DNA of 32,000 bases from Bdellovibrionales bacterium (GTDB lineage: Bacteria > Bdellovibrionota > Bdellovibrionia > Bdellovibrionales > UBA1609), in NCBI GenBank assembly GCA_965247685.1, contig OZ252021.1:390001-422000 (forward strand), given 5' to 3'. Both the position numbers and the translations under genes were made by a program. This document shows, one piece after another, positions 1 through 8,647 of the stretch. The notes under the pieces were generated by a model. The model did no database searches, was not told the origin of the DNA, and saw only the letters and a program-made list of their open reading frames with translations. Within the stretch, counting starts at the first letter, position 1. Each line of letters begins with the position of its first letter.

Positions 1-1
1 T

Positions 2-364
2 AATGAGTTTTCAATAATTGATTTTCTCGCCACTTACAGCACTTTCTTTAAGGAAAAACCAAATCAGAGTGATATTACGACAAAGACAGGTGGTTATGTT
101 AAAAATTGGCCAGAGATAGCCAATAGACATAAAGAGAGAACAGATTGGAAGTGTGAGAAGTGTGAAGTTAATCTAAGCACTAAAAAAGAGTATCTTCATT
201 GTCATCATAAAAATGGTGTTATACAGGAAAATACCAGCTCAAATTTGGAAGCTTTATGTTTTGAATGTCATGCTAATAAGCCTTATCATGGCCAACTTAA
301 AGCTATCTTAAACAAACAGCCTGAAATCAAAAAGGAAATAGACAATCTAAGAAAGAGAACTTGA
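2..364 (+). CDS. HNH endonuclease-domain protein, C-terminal fragment (5' end lies outside the window)
   Basis: Frame 2 is open from the window edge to TGA at 362-364. It is absent from the ORF track because no start codon lies in the window. My translation, ...DWKCEKCEVNLSTKKEYLHCHHKNGVIQENTSSNLEALCFECHANKPYH..., has the CxxC...HH.N...N...LCxxCH layout of HNH (His-Me finger) nucleases. Confidence 0.6.
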   Translation, partial: NEFSIIDFLATYSTFFKEKPNQSDITTKTGGYVKNWPEIANRHKERTDWKCEKCEVNLSTKKEYLHCHHKNGVIQENTSSNLEALCFECHANKPYHGQLKAILNKQPEIKKEIDNLRKRT

Positions 365-372
365 ACAATTGG

Positions 373-400
373 AAATGAGTTTAAGTACGAAACTCATTTT
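373..400 (+). terminator. Hairpin downstream of the HNH gene (possible intrinsic terminator)
   Basis: A perfect 10-bp stem, aaatgagttt (373-382) / aaactcattt (390-399), with a 7-nt loop, 9 nt after the stop. The stem is AT-rich and the T-run is short, so it is weak. Confidence 0.3.
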
Positions 401-569
401 AATTCAGATAAACCAAGTGATTTTATCAAGACCTATCAATTCCAAGCTGTTTAAGATAGGTATTTTCCAAATTGAAACATAAAACTCAGGAACACACTCC
501 ACCTTCTTGGATACGAAGGTTTTTAATGAAAAATCGATTATAATTAGGTTTTAGGGCAAAAAAACAAGC

Positions 570-602
570 CCAACTAGTAAAAAAATGAGATTTTTAATAG
601 TT
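570..602. promoter_or_regulatory. 33-bp direct repeat copy 1 (internally palindromic, operator-like) upstream of fic
   Basis: ccaactagtaaaaaaatgagatttttaatagtt is identical to the copy at 642-674. The arms aactagtaaaaa / tttttaatagtt form a 12-bp inverted repeat with one mismatch. Confidence 0.45.
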
Positions 603-641
603 AAGACCTTGCAATTATACAAAACTATCAGTTAACCTTAT

Positions 642-674
642 CCAACTAGTAAAAAAATGAGATTTTTAATAGTT
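642..674. promoter_or_regulatory. 33-bp direct repeat copy 2 (operator-like), ending 13 nt before the fic ATG
   Basis: An exact copy of 570-602, offset by 72 bp. It lies directly against the gagggtg Shine-Dalgarno-like sequence of the fic gene. Confidence 0.45.
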
Positions 675-687
675 GAGGGTGTGAAAA

Positions 688-1830
688 ATGAATAAAAACA
701 AACAAACAGGTCGTTTTATTCCGAAATTGAATGGAGACAGCTATGAAGCTTTTATCCCAAACCCTCTTCCTCTTTCTGCTCCTTTTCGAATGGAACAGTT
801 TTATACATTGCTTGAGAAAGCAAACACATCTCTAGGAAGACTAGATGGAATTACAACGGTTCTTCCAAGTTTTAGAAGATTATCTAATATATTTATGAAA
901 AAGGAAGCCACTCTTTCTTCTAAGATAGAAGGTACACAATCAACTTTATCTGACTTTTTAATTTTTGAAACAAAAGAAGATCAAACAAAATCAGAAGATA
1001 ACATAGAAATTCAAAACTATATTTTAGCTATGGAACATGGTTTGCATAAAATAACAAAACTACCTGTGTCTCGTAGACTGATTTGTGAAATTCATAAAAT
1101 ACTTCTTTCAAGTGGTCGAGGAAGTGATAAAACTCCTGGCGAGTTTCGTAAAACACAAAATTGGATAGGGGGATCTCGCCCAGAAAACGCTATTTTTATC
1201 CCACCACCCCCTGAAAACCTTGATGAATGTTTTAGTGATTTTGAGAAATTTTTAAATAATAAAAACGTGCAAATGCCCACTCTTATCAAAGTTGCTTTAG
1301 CACACGTTCAGTTTGAAACTCTACACCCTTTTTCGGATGGAAACGGAAGAGTAGGAAGACTTCTAATTACTTTCATGCTTTGTTTAAGTGGTCTTTTAAA
1401 AGAACCTTTATTATATCTCAGTTTATATTTTCATAAGCATAGAACAGAGTATTACAATCTACTACAATCTGTTAGAGAAAAAGGAGATTGGGAAGCTTGG
1501 GTTCATTTCTTTCTGACAGGGATTATAGAAACTGCTAAACAAATTCAAGATACATCTCATCAAATTATTAATACATTCAAAGAAGATGAAAAAAGAATAA
1601 AGGGTGAGTGTACGGCTGGGGTTATTAAGGCCTATGGTTGTTTTAAAACATATCCTATTGCTTCGGTTAAAAAAGTGCAGGAAGAATCTTCCTCATCCTA
1701 TCAAACTACTTTAAAATCGTTAAAAACTTTGGAAAAACTTGGATTAGTTAAAGAAATAACAGGTCGACATCATAACAAAATTTTTATTTATAAGAGTTAC
1801 ATAAACATCCTTGAAAGAGGACTCAATTAA
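688..1830 (+). CDS. Fic/DOC family protein (probable AMP-transferase), class II with an N-terminal inhibitory motif
   Basis: The Fic active-site motif HPFSDGNGRVGR (consensus HxFx[D/E]GNGRxxR) is at nt 1324-1359, starting at aa 213. The inhibitory motif [S/T]xxxE[G/N] appears as SSKIEG at aa 77-82 (nt 916-933). The C-terminal ~70 aa look winged-helix-like. A GAGGGTG RBS lies upstream. Confidence 0.9.
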   Translation: MNKNKQTGRFIPKLNGDSYEAFIPNPLPLSAPFRMEQFYTLLEKANTSLGRLDGITTVLPSFRRLSNIFMKKEATLSSKIEGTQSTLSDFLIFETKEDQTKSEDNIEIQNYILAMEHGLHKITKLPVSRRLICEIHKILLSSGRGSDKTPGEFRKTQNWIGGSRPENAIFIPPPPENLDECFSDFEKFLNNKNVQMPTLIKVALAHVQFETLHPFSDGNGRVGRLLITFMLCLSGLLKEPLLYLSLYFHKHRTEYYNLLQSVREKGDWEAWVHFFLTGIIETAKQIQDTSHQIINTFKEDEKRIKGECTAGVIKAYGCFKTYPIASVKKVQEESSSSYQTTLKSLKTLEKLGLVKEITGRHHNKIFIYKSYINILERGLN

Positions 1831-1896
1831 TTATGTTATAGACTTGGCCGAAATGAACCATTTTAAAAGCTTCCTAGTTGTTACCTAACAATATCT

Positions 1897-3078
1897 TTAT
1901 TTTTGGATTTTAAATTGACTGGCTAATCTTTGTGCTTCTGCAATTTGATCCTTCGTCATTTGATTCTTTAGTGTATTCAACAATTGATCTATCGCCTTTT
2001 TAGGTTCGTTTTTCCGAACCCGAGCTTTACTTAAAATCAACCACTTATAAGCTTGAATATAATTCTTCACTACCCCTTCACCAGAGTAATACATCAAACT
2101 AAGATCATTTTGAGCACTTGCAACTCCTTGCTCTGCTGACTTTTTATACCAATAAAACGCTTGCTTATAATTCTTTGTTACTCCTTCACCTTTGTAGTAC
2201 ATCGAACCAAGGACATATTGAGCATCCGCATATCCTTGCTGGGCTGACTTCTCAAACCAATAAACAGCTTTCTTATAATTCTTTACTACTCCTTCACCTT
2301 TGTAATACATCACACCAAGGATAAATTGAGCTATCGCATAACCTTGCTGGGCTGACTTCTCAAGCCAATAAACCGCTTTCTTATAACTCTTTGTTACTCC
2401 TACACCTCTCATATACATCCCACCAAGTCTATTTTGAGCATTTACATGTCCTTGCTGGGCCGATTTTTCAAACCAATAAAACGCTTGCTTATAATTCTTT
2501 ACTACTCCTTCACCTTTTATATACATCTCACCAAGATTATTTTGAGCCTTCGAAACTCCTTGCTGGGCTGACTTTTCATACCAATAGATTGCTTTCTTAT
2601 AATTCTTTGTTACTCCTACACCTCTCATATACATAAAACCAAGGTTATGTTGAGCGAGTGCATCTCCTTGCAGGGCTGACTTCTCATACCAGTAAAACGC
2701 TTTCTTATAATTCTTCACTACTCCTTTACCTTGCTCATACATCAAACTAAGATTAAATTGAGCTTTCGCATCTCCTTGCTGGGCTGACTTTTCAAACCAA
2801 TAAAACGCTTGCTTATAATTCTTTGTTACTCCTTCACCGTTGTAATACATCAAACCAAGTATAGCTTGAGCCTGTACATCTCCTTGCTGGGCTGACTTTT
2901 CATACCAGTAAAAAGCTTTTTTATAATTCTTTTTTTCTCCTTTACCGTAGTAATACATCACACCAAGGTTATATTGAGCTTCCGCATCTCTTTGCTGGGC
3001 TAATTTTTTAATAAGCTCATTTTGAGCAAGTGAAAAACTTTGAAATATTAATAAAAAGATTATGATTAATTTTTTCAT
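1897..3078 (-). CDS. Secreted Sel1-like (SLR/TPR-family) repeat protein, about 9 repeats
   Basis: The signal peptide is MKKLIIIFLLIFQSFSLAQ. It is followed by tandem ~36-aa units of the form A..WYEKSAQQGDA.AQ.NLG.MY..GEGV.KNYKKA, the Sel1 signature. An AAGGAG RBS precedes the ATG. Confidence 0.9.
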   Translation of the reverse strand: MKKLIIIFLLIFQSFSLAQNELIKKLAQQRDAEAQYNLGVMYYYGKGEKKNYKKAFYWYEKSAQQGDVQAQAILGLMYYNGEGVTKNYKQAFYWFEKSAQQGDAKAQFNLSLMYEQGKGVVKNYKKAFYWYEKSALQGDALAQHNLGFMYMRGVGVTKNYKKAIYWYEKSAQQGVSKAQNNLGEMYIKGEGVVKNYKQAFYWFEKSAQQGHVNAQNRLGGMYMRGVGVTKSYKKAVYWLEKSAQQGYAIAQFILGVMYYKGEGVVKNYKKAVYWFEKSAQQGYADAQYVLGSMYYKGEGVTKNYKQAFYWYKKSAEQGVASAQNDLSLMYYSGEGVVKNYIQAYKWLILSKARVRKNEPKKAIDQLLNTLKNQMTKDQIAEAQRLASQFKIQK

Positions 3079-3493
3079 ATTATTTCTCCTTTTAGTTTTG
3101 TTTGTTTTAAATTTAATTCAATTTCTTTAATTTAACTTTTTAATTATTTTCACTTTGTTTATACTCTCGTTTGACCTGACATAGCCTTCAAAATAGATAC
3201 CTTTCAGCACTTATATAGAAGCCCCTGTTTGAACGATTATTACTCTTACCTCCTCTTTAGTTGATAAACTTACTCTTCGGTAGATTTTCTGCTTCATTTA
3301 AGTAAAGGATAAGCAAGAATTTTTAGAAATGCACTTCATTAATTTAGCTAAAGTGTTTCATACTGAAACATTTTCAACACTACTGTCTAAGTTTATATAA
3401 CTTTAGGCTTGCTTTTAGACTGAGTATCTACAAAATGATATAAACATAGTAAAGAAAGGCTCAGTTATAGCACAAAAAGAAAACTTTTTAAAA

Positions 3494-3883
3494 ATGAATC
3501 CAACTCTTGTTTTATTTGATGGTCATTGTAATCTTTGCAACCGATTTATTAATTTCCTAATCAGAAAAGGTAAAGGAAAATTTTATTTCTCAACTTTACA
3601 AGGAGAAATCTCTCAAAAATATTTGAACAAAGAAGAAATAAGAAACTTAACAAACGTGGTCCTCATAAGAAACAACAAGATTCATAAAAAATCCTCTGCA
3701 ATACTCTACATCTTTTTGGAATTAGGGTTTCCTTACTCTTTATTTTTTACTTTTATTCTAATCCCTGCTTTTATGAGAAATTTTTGTTATAATATTCTTT
3801 CAAAGAATAGATATTCATGGTTTGGAAGACGAGAAATTTTGCGGATTCCTAATCCAGAAGAAAAAGAGTTTTTTCTAGATTGA
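3494..3883 (+). CDS. DCC-family thiol-disulfide oxidoreductase (DUF393)
   Basis: The N-terminal sequence LVLFDGHCNLCNRFINFL matches the DGxCxLC motif typical of DUF393/DCC1 proteins. The size (129 aa) fits the family. Confidence 0.7.
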   Translation: MNPTLVLFDGHCNLCNRFINFLIRKGKGKFYFSTLQGEISQKYLNKEEIRNLTNVVLIRNNKIHKKSSAILYIFLELGFPYSLFFTFILIPAFMRNFCYNILSKNRYSWFGRREILRIPNPEEKEFFLD

Positions 3884-4132
3884 ATGCAAAGAATAGCTCC
3901 TATGGCGTGCTATTCATTGGTTGAAATGGGTTACAAAAAGGTACAAACACTAGTGTTTATCTTCAACATAAAAGACTATAAAGGCATCTCTAATGTTAAT
4001 TTAGAATTGGAGAACAGCCCATTGGGGCATGTTTTAGTATGTCCGATTTATAGACAAAGAACATTAGAAGATGAAAGATTTAATTCAAAAAAACCTCCTA
4101 TAATACACAAAAAGAACCCTTCGTTGTGTTAA
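3884..4132 (+). CDS. Hypothetical 82-aa protein (doubtful)
   Basis: The ATG directly abuts the TGA of the upstream DCC gene. There is no recognisable motif and no clear RBS. Confidence 0.2.
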   Translation: MQRIAPMACYSLVEMGYKKVQTLVFIFNIKDYKGISNVNLELENSPLGHVLVCPIYRQRTLEDERFNSKKPPIIHKKNPSLC

Positions 4133-4442
4133 TTATTGGCTGACACACATTCTCTCAAAAACTGACAGATGTGTTAAAACTGGAACTGAGAAAAGTCGTC
4201 CAAATACGATAACTAGAGAAAGAATCTACCATGAAAAGAGATGATAATATGAATGAACCTAAAACAGCAGAAGAGTTTAAAGTAAAGCATATTTTTAAAG
4301 ATTTCTTCTCCATACAAAAGACTGAAAATAGAGCTTTCTTTTCATGAAACAACAAGTTTTCAGAAAAAATACTTGCTTTTTTTATCAAAGAATTCTATAA
4401 ATAAAGTAACCACCCTATAGGAGCAATCTTATAGGAGCAACG

Positions 4443-4462
4443 CCCGAGTTAACTCGGGTTTT
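4443..4462 (+). terminator. Intrinsic terminator-like hairpin
   Basis: The palindrome cccgagttaactcggg (4443-4458) is followed by TTTT (4459-4462). Two 11-bp direct repeats tataggagcaa (4416-4426 and 4430-4440) lie just upstream. Confidence 0.45.
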
Positions 4463-4673
4463 GCACTTTCTAGGAGTCTTTTTCATCTTTAAATCTGATA
4501 TCTATGTAGCGTATATTGATGGCTTTAATTTGTTTTACCAAATTAAAACATTTTGTAAAGCAGAAAAAACAAATCTCAAATGGTTAGATATTAAACAATT
4601 CATTCTTAAAAATGTAGAAACAGAAAAACTAGAAAATTTCAAAGATCTAATTAAACAGGAAATACAATTATGA
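4461..4673 (+). pseudogene. Truncated N-terminal fragment of an NYN-domain (PIN-like RNase) gene
   Basis: VAYIDGFNLFYQ...LKWLDIKQF resembles the (V/I)DGFNLYY...KWLDL N-terminus of bacterial NYN-domain proteins. The ORF is only 70 aa and has no ATG. Its TTG start sits inside the T-tract of the preceding terminator. Confidence 0.4.
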
Positions 4674-4689
4674 ATATGGTGAATGTTAG

Positions 4690-7600
4690 ATGATTCAGTT
4701 TACCCCGCATGGTCCAAATATACCTGAAGAAGTTGTAATGGCTCTTAACAATGATAAATTAGTGTTGTTTTGTGGAGCTGGTATTTCAAAGGAACACGGG
4801 TTACCAACGTTTAAAGAATTAGTTAAGAAAGTATGTAAAGAATTATCTATAAATATAGATGGCCATCCTCTTTTAAAGGCATCTAAGGATAAGGAAGATT
4901 ATGATCAAATATTAGATTTAATTGAGGGACAACAAGAATTCTCAGTGAAACCAGAAATCTTAAGACAAAAGATTATCAGTATTTTACAATGTGATACAAA
5001 GTCTGTTGTTCATAAATATGATCAAAATTCTATTGTTCATAAATCTCTTTTGGATCTATCTGCCTTAACAGGTAATAGGGGACATAGGCTGGTAACGACA
5101 AATTTTGATGAGCTGTTTTTTAAGGCAGGATTGACTCGTAATCAAGTAGATTCAGCTCTAAAACTTATACTTTCTAAAAAAGAGGATTGGAATAATTTAA
5201 CATTTTTACATGGGGTTATTGATGAAGAAAATGATCCTGATGGAAAGCACCTTATTCTTACTAAAACAGATTTTGGTAAAGCCTATTTACATGACAAATG
5301 GGCAACTAATTTTATTATTCGTCTTTTTCAAGATTTTAAAGTATTATTTATTGGATATAGTGTAAATGATCCTATAATGCATTATCTTATTTCTGCTATT
5401 AATCATGAAAAGAAAATGAAAGAAGATAGCGGATTAGATTATTCAGCATATGCTTTTGTTGGATATAAAGATGATTCCTCAAAGGAATTAAAAGAAAAAA
5501 AGTGGTTATCAATGGGAATTCAACCAATACCTTATCGGATAGAGATAAGTGCAGACAACAAAGAATACAAGAATCACTCTATGTTATATAACACTATAAA
5601 GGAATGGGCTGATTTAAAGAAGAAAGGTTTTGAAGGATCAAAAAATTGGCTAAAGAAACAATTACGACATCCTTATAGTGACCTGGATAAAGAAAAAGCA
5701 GCTTCTGTAATTTCTTTTTTAAAAACAGATGAAAAATTAACAAAGTATTTTCCACAAATAGATCCTCCTGTTGATATAAGCTGGTTAATACCATTTACTA
5801 ATAATTCTTTAGAAAATCACAAACAAGATCAGGATTATTCAATGCCTCACAATCTAACTGATAAAACAAGATATCCTCAACTTGTGCAACCACTTTGGAG
5901 CTCTTTATCTCCAATAGAAAAATGTATGGTAAAGTGGCGTTGTTATCATTTAGATAAAGAACAATTAATTCAATGGGTTATAAATAATGGCTGTATGTTA
6001 CATCCATATTTTAAACAGCACATTCAATGGGAGATTACAGATAGAGAAAAAAGCACTAATAAAAGATTAAATCCATCTTTAAGTAAAGAAGTGTTATTAT
6101 TTTGGAAAACTGTTTCAAATCAAAATTATCCTCCACATGATCAAAATAATATGTTTGATTTAGTGGAAAGTTTGAACAAAAAATACTGTTCAATTAAAGC
6201 AAATAAATTTATAGGATCATTAAAACCATACATTAGTTTCATGATCTCTGCTAAGTCTCCTCTATATGCTAAGTCTCCTCTATATAATCCAAAACTAAAA
6301 TTGAATATAAATAACCATCTACGAACGTCACTAACTAATGAGAACACCCTTTTAGCACATGCTGAAGATTTTTCTAATCTATTAAAAAAAACAATGGAGT
6401 TAGCAACACTATTTGAAATTATTCAAAATGGAAAGGATACATTTTACAGAGATAGACCTTCTATTGAGAAACATAAACAAAATAATAATCTCTACTCTTG
6501 GACATATTTAATTGATTTAGTACAGGATAGTTTTGATCTAGCTATGAAGAAAGATAAAAAACTAGCTCAGTTTCTATTAGAAAAATGGAAACTTTATCCT
6601 TATTCAATCTTTCATCGATTGATTCTTTATGCTGTCACGAAATATTCTGATTTAGACGAGATAAAAGTTATTGAGTTGTTTCAAAATACTCAAGTTCTAT
6701 GGTCAATAACTTGTAGGAACGAAGTATTTAAATATTTAAAAAAACGAAATCATTCAGAAGAATCTACTAAAAAGTTACTCAAGTTAATTAAACAAGGTCC
6801 TTCTCGATCTCTATTTAACTCAAGTGTTAGTGATGAAAATTTCAATAAATTAAAAGAGATAGAGATTTACTATAGACTAAACAGGTTAAAGAAGTCAGGA
6901 GCTACGTTACCCAAAGCAATAGAAAAATATATCAATAAAATTCAATCAGAGTATCATTTGTCTTCATCGACAGAAGACCGAGATGATTTTCCTGTTTATC
7001 ATACGGGAATTAGAAAAGTCGGTAGTGAAAAGAAGTATCACAATTTAACAGCCCAACAAGTATATAAGGATTTAAAAAGCCTCACAGAAGATGCTCCTCA
7101 ATATAAAAAAGATGATAAACAAGAAAACTTTCGCATGTTAGTTAAAGATCATCCAGAGAAATCTTTTAAAGTACTATTACTTTTTCAAGATGATGATATA
7201 GAAAGTGCCCCTTATTGGGGAACTTTTCTCAGTGCAATTGTTATGATTAGTGATATGGAGATAAAAAAGAAATATTTCTTTGAAGCTTTAGAAAAAGTAG
7301 AAAATTTTAATGATACTGTCTTGAAGAGTATTCTTTGGTCACTCATATTTAGTTTTGATCTATGGGCTGTTGCTATTTATTTAAAAGATAAAAACAATTT
7401 TTATAAATGGTGGAATAAACTATGGAAGTTGAGTCTAGATGAGGATGTTAATCAAACTTCTTGGAATGGGAGTGATATTCCATTTAAAGCCATCAATTCT
7501 AATTTAGGAAAATTATCGAAATCTATAATGAGTATTTTATGGAATCAAGTTATAGAAAACAACAAAATTCCAAAAGATGGAAAGATACCTAACAATATAA

Positions 7601-8487
7601 AAGATTATTTGGAGATTATCATCAAAGATAGTACGCAACGTGATCCATCTGTGTTTTATCATTTTGGTTCGGATTTATCAGCTCTTTGGTTTTTAGATAA
7701 AGAATGGTCAATAAAACACCTAAAACCTTTGATGGACTGGAATAAGAAGAAAGTAATATATAAATCTCTATGGATGGGATTTTTGGATCATATGCGAGTG
7801 AGTCCAGAATTTTTATCGGATTTTAAAGATGATTTTTATCAGCTTCTACGTAATGGAAAAAAGCATATACAAGATCGTAGTTCATGTATTGCCGAAGTCT
7901 TTCTTATTACATCTGGATGTAAATGGTATAAAAGTATATTTGAAGAGAGAGAAGAACAAACTCTTAAACAGAAGACTATTGATGTTGAACTTTTAGAGTC
8001 TATTTCAGAAAAAATATATGAATTATTAGAAGACGCAGAGAGTAACTCTAATAATTTATGGTCTGAAAAGATTAAACCTTGGATAGAAAAATTTTGGCCT
8101 TATCAAACGAATATGCAGAGTCATACAACAGCTTCTAACTTATCCCTTCTAGTTTTGTATTGTGGTGATAAAATACCAGAAGCTTGTAATCTTTTAAAAG
8201 AGAAAATCAAAGGGCATATTGAAGTAAGTCCTTCAGGTATAGTAGATTCAGAATGTAGAAACATAGTTTATCATGTAGATAAATATGGGAAGACAAAATT
8301 AAAATATATCTTTGACTATCCTGAAGAACTTCTATGTCTATTAATTTGGAATTTTCCGGAACAGAAAATAGATCATATAGATCGTAAATCTCTAAGAAAA
8401 ATCTTAGGTGAAATAGAAAGAACTTCTTCTGAATTGGATTTGAAAAACAATGAAAATTATAGTGAACTTAGAGCTAAGTTATCTTGA
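4690..8487 (+). CDS. SIR2_2-domain protein, 1265 aa, with a large unassigned C-terminal region (DSR-like candidate NADase defence protein)
   Basis: N-terminal ~270 aa: LVLFCGAGISKEHGLPTF (Rossmann GAGxS, aa 29-33), LVTTNFDELF (Asn138), LTFLHGVID (His174) and VLFIGYSVNDP. These are the conserved blocks of the SIR2_2 family (ThsA, DSR1/DSR2). The remaining ~950 aa show no motif I recognise. Confidence 0.75.
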   Translation: MIQFTPHGPNIPEEVVMALNNDKLVLFCGAGISKEHGLPTFKELVKKVCKELSINIDGHPLLKASKDKEDYDQILDLIEGQQEFSVKPEILRQKIISILQCDTKSVVHKYDQNSIVHKSLLDLSALTGNRGHRLVTTNFDELFFKAGLTRNQVDSALKLILSKKEDWNNLTFLHGVIDEENDPDGKHLILTKTDFGKAYLHDKWATNFIIRLFQDFKVLFIGYSVNDPIMHYLISAINHEKKMKEDSGLDYSAYAFVGYKDDSSKELKEKKWLSMGIQPIPYRIEISADNKEYKNHSMLYNTIKEWADLKKKGFEGSKNWLKKQLRHPYSDLDKEKAASVISFLKTDEKLTKYFPQIDPPVDISWLIPFTNNSLENHKQDQDYSMPHNLTDKTRYPQLVQPLWSSLSPIEKCMVKWRCYHLDKEQLIQWVINNGCMLHPYFKQHIQWEITDREKSTNKRLNPSLSKEVLLFWKTVSNQNYPPHDQNNMFDLVESLNKKYCSIKANKFIGSLKPYISFMISAKSPLYAKSPLYNPKLKLNINNHLRTSLTNENTLLAHAEDFSNLLKKTMELATLFEIIQNGKDTFYRDRPSIEKHKQNNNLYSWTYLIDLVQDSFDLAMKKDKKLAQFLLEKWKLYPYSIFHRLILYAVTKYSDLDEIKVIELFQNTQVLWSITCRNEVFKYLKKRNHSEESTKKLLKLIKQGPSRSLFNSSVSDENFNKLKEIEIYYRLNRLKKSGATLPKAIEKYINKIQSEYHLSSSTEDRDDFPVYHTGIRKVGSEKKYHNLTAQQVYKDLKSLTEDAPQYKKDDKQENFRMLVKDHPEKSFKVLLLFQDDDIESAPYWGTFLSAIVMISDMEIKKKYFFEALEKVENFNDTVLKSILWSLIFSFDLWAVAIYLKDKNNFYKWWNKLWKLSLDEDVNQTSWNGSDIPFKAINSNLGKLSKSIMSILWNQVIENNKIPKDGKIPNNIKDYLEIIIKDSTQRDPSVFYHFGSDLSALWFLDKEWSIKHLKPLMDWNKKKVIYKSLWMGFLDHMRVSPEFLSDFKDDFYQLLRNGKKHIQDRSSCIAEVFLITSGCKWYKSIFEEREEQTLKQKTIDVELLESISEKIYELLEDAESNSNNLWSEKIKPWIEKFWPYQTNMQSHTTASNLSLLVLYCGDKIPEACNLLKEKIKGHIEVSPSGIVDSECRNIVYHVDKYGKTKLKYIFDYPEELLCLLIWNFPEQKIDHIDRKSLRKILGEIERTSSELDLKNNENYSELRAKLS

Positions 8488-8647
8488 TTAGTGTCATATC
8501 CACAACTGAGATTAAAATAATTGCATAGTTTTAAATATTGAATGTTCGCTCAACACACTAGTAACTCCAACAACAAGTGTAGATAGCAACACTCCAGTAA
8601 CTGATAAATAATTTTGTTTAGATGTTGCCACAGTATAAGATCAAAAA

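Noticed and set aside
585-695. Mini-ORFs starting at the ATG inside each 33-bp repeat (MRFLIV...), the second overlapping the fic start out of frame.
   Set aside because: The peptides are 12-16 aa with no RBS. The ATG is part of the palindromic element, so this is most likely coincidental.
1092-1289. Small antisense or overlapping ORFs inside well-supported genes: 1092-1289, 5594-5794, 6141-6347, 11164-11376, 18265-18450, 20347-20544, 26418-26600, 30588-30800, 30686-30931 and 31092-31292.
   Set aside because: Each lies wholly within, or antisense to, a longer ORF with clear family motifs. None has a recognisable motif or RBS.
2118-2636. Plus-strand ORFs 2118-2324 and 2391-2636 (repetitive LLLLHL.. 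peptides).
   Set aside because: They are antisense shadows of the periodic Sel1 coding repeats on the minus strand, low-complexity and without starts or RBS. The same applies to 13636-14088, 13985-14179, 14089-14466 and 16325-16519.
4155-4388. A 77-aa minus-strand ORF, together with a 38-aa plus-strand mini-ORF in the same interval.
   Set aside because: There are no motifs, no RBS and a Ser/Phe/Leu-rich composition typical of random AT-rich ORFs. It could be a decayed gene, but nothing supports calling it.
8496-8504. The DnaA-box-like sequence atatccaca (8/9 match to TTATCCACA), about 200 bp from the 22-bp array, suggests an origin.
   Set aside because: It is a single imperfect box. A comparable 8/9 match occurs elsewhere by chance (tgtggatta at 20963-20971), so it is not evidence for an origin on its own.
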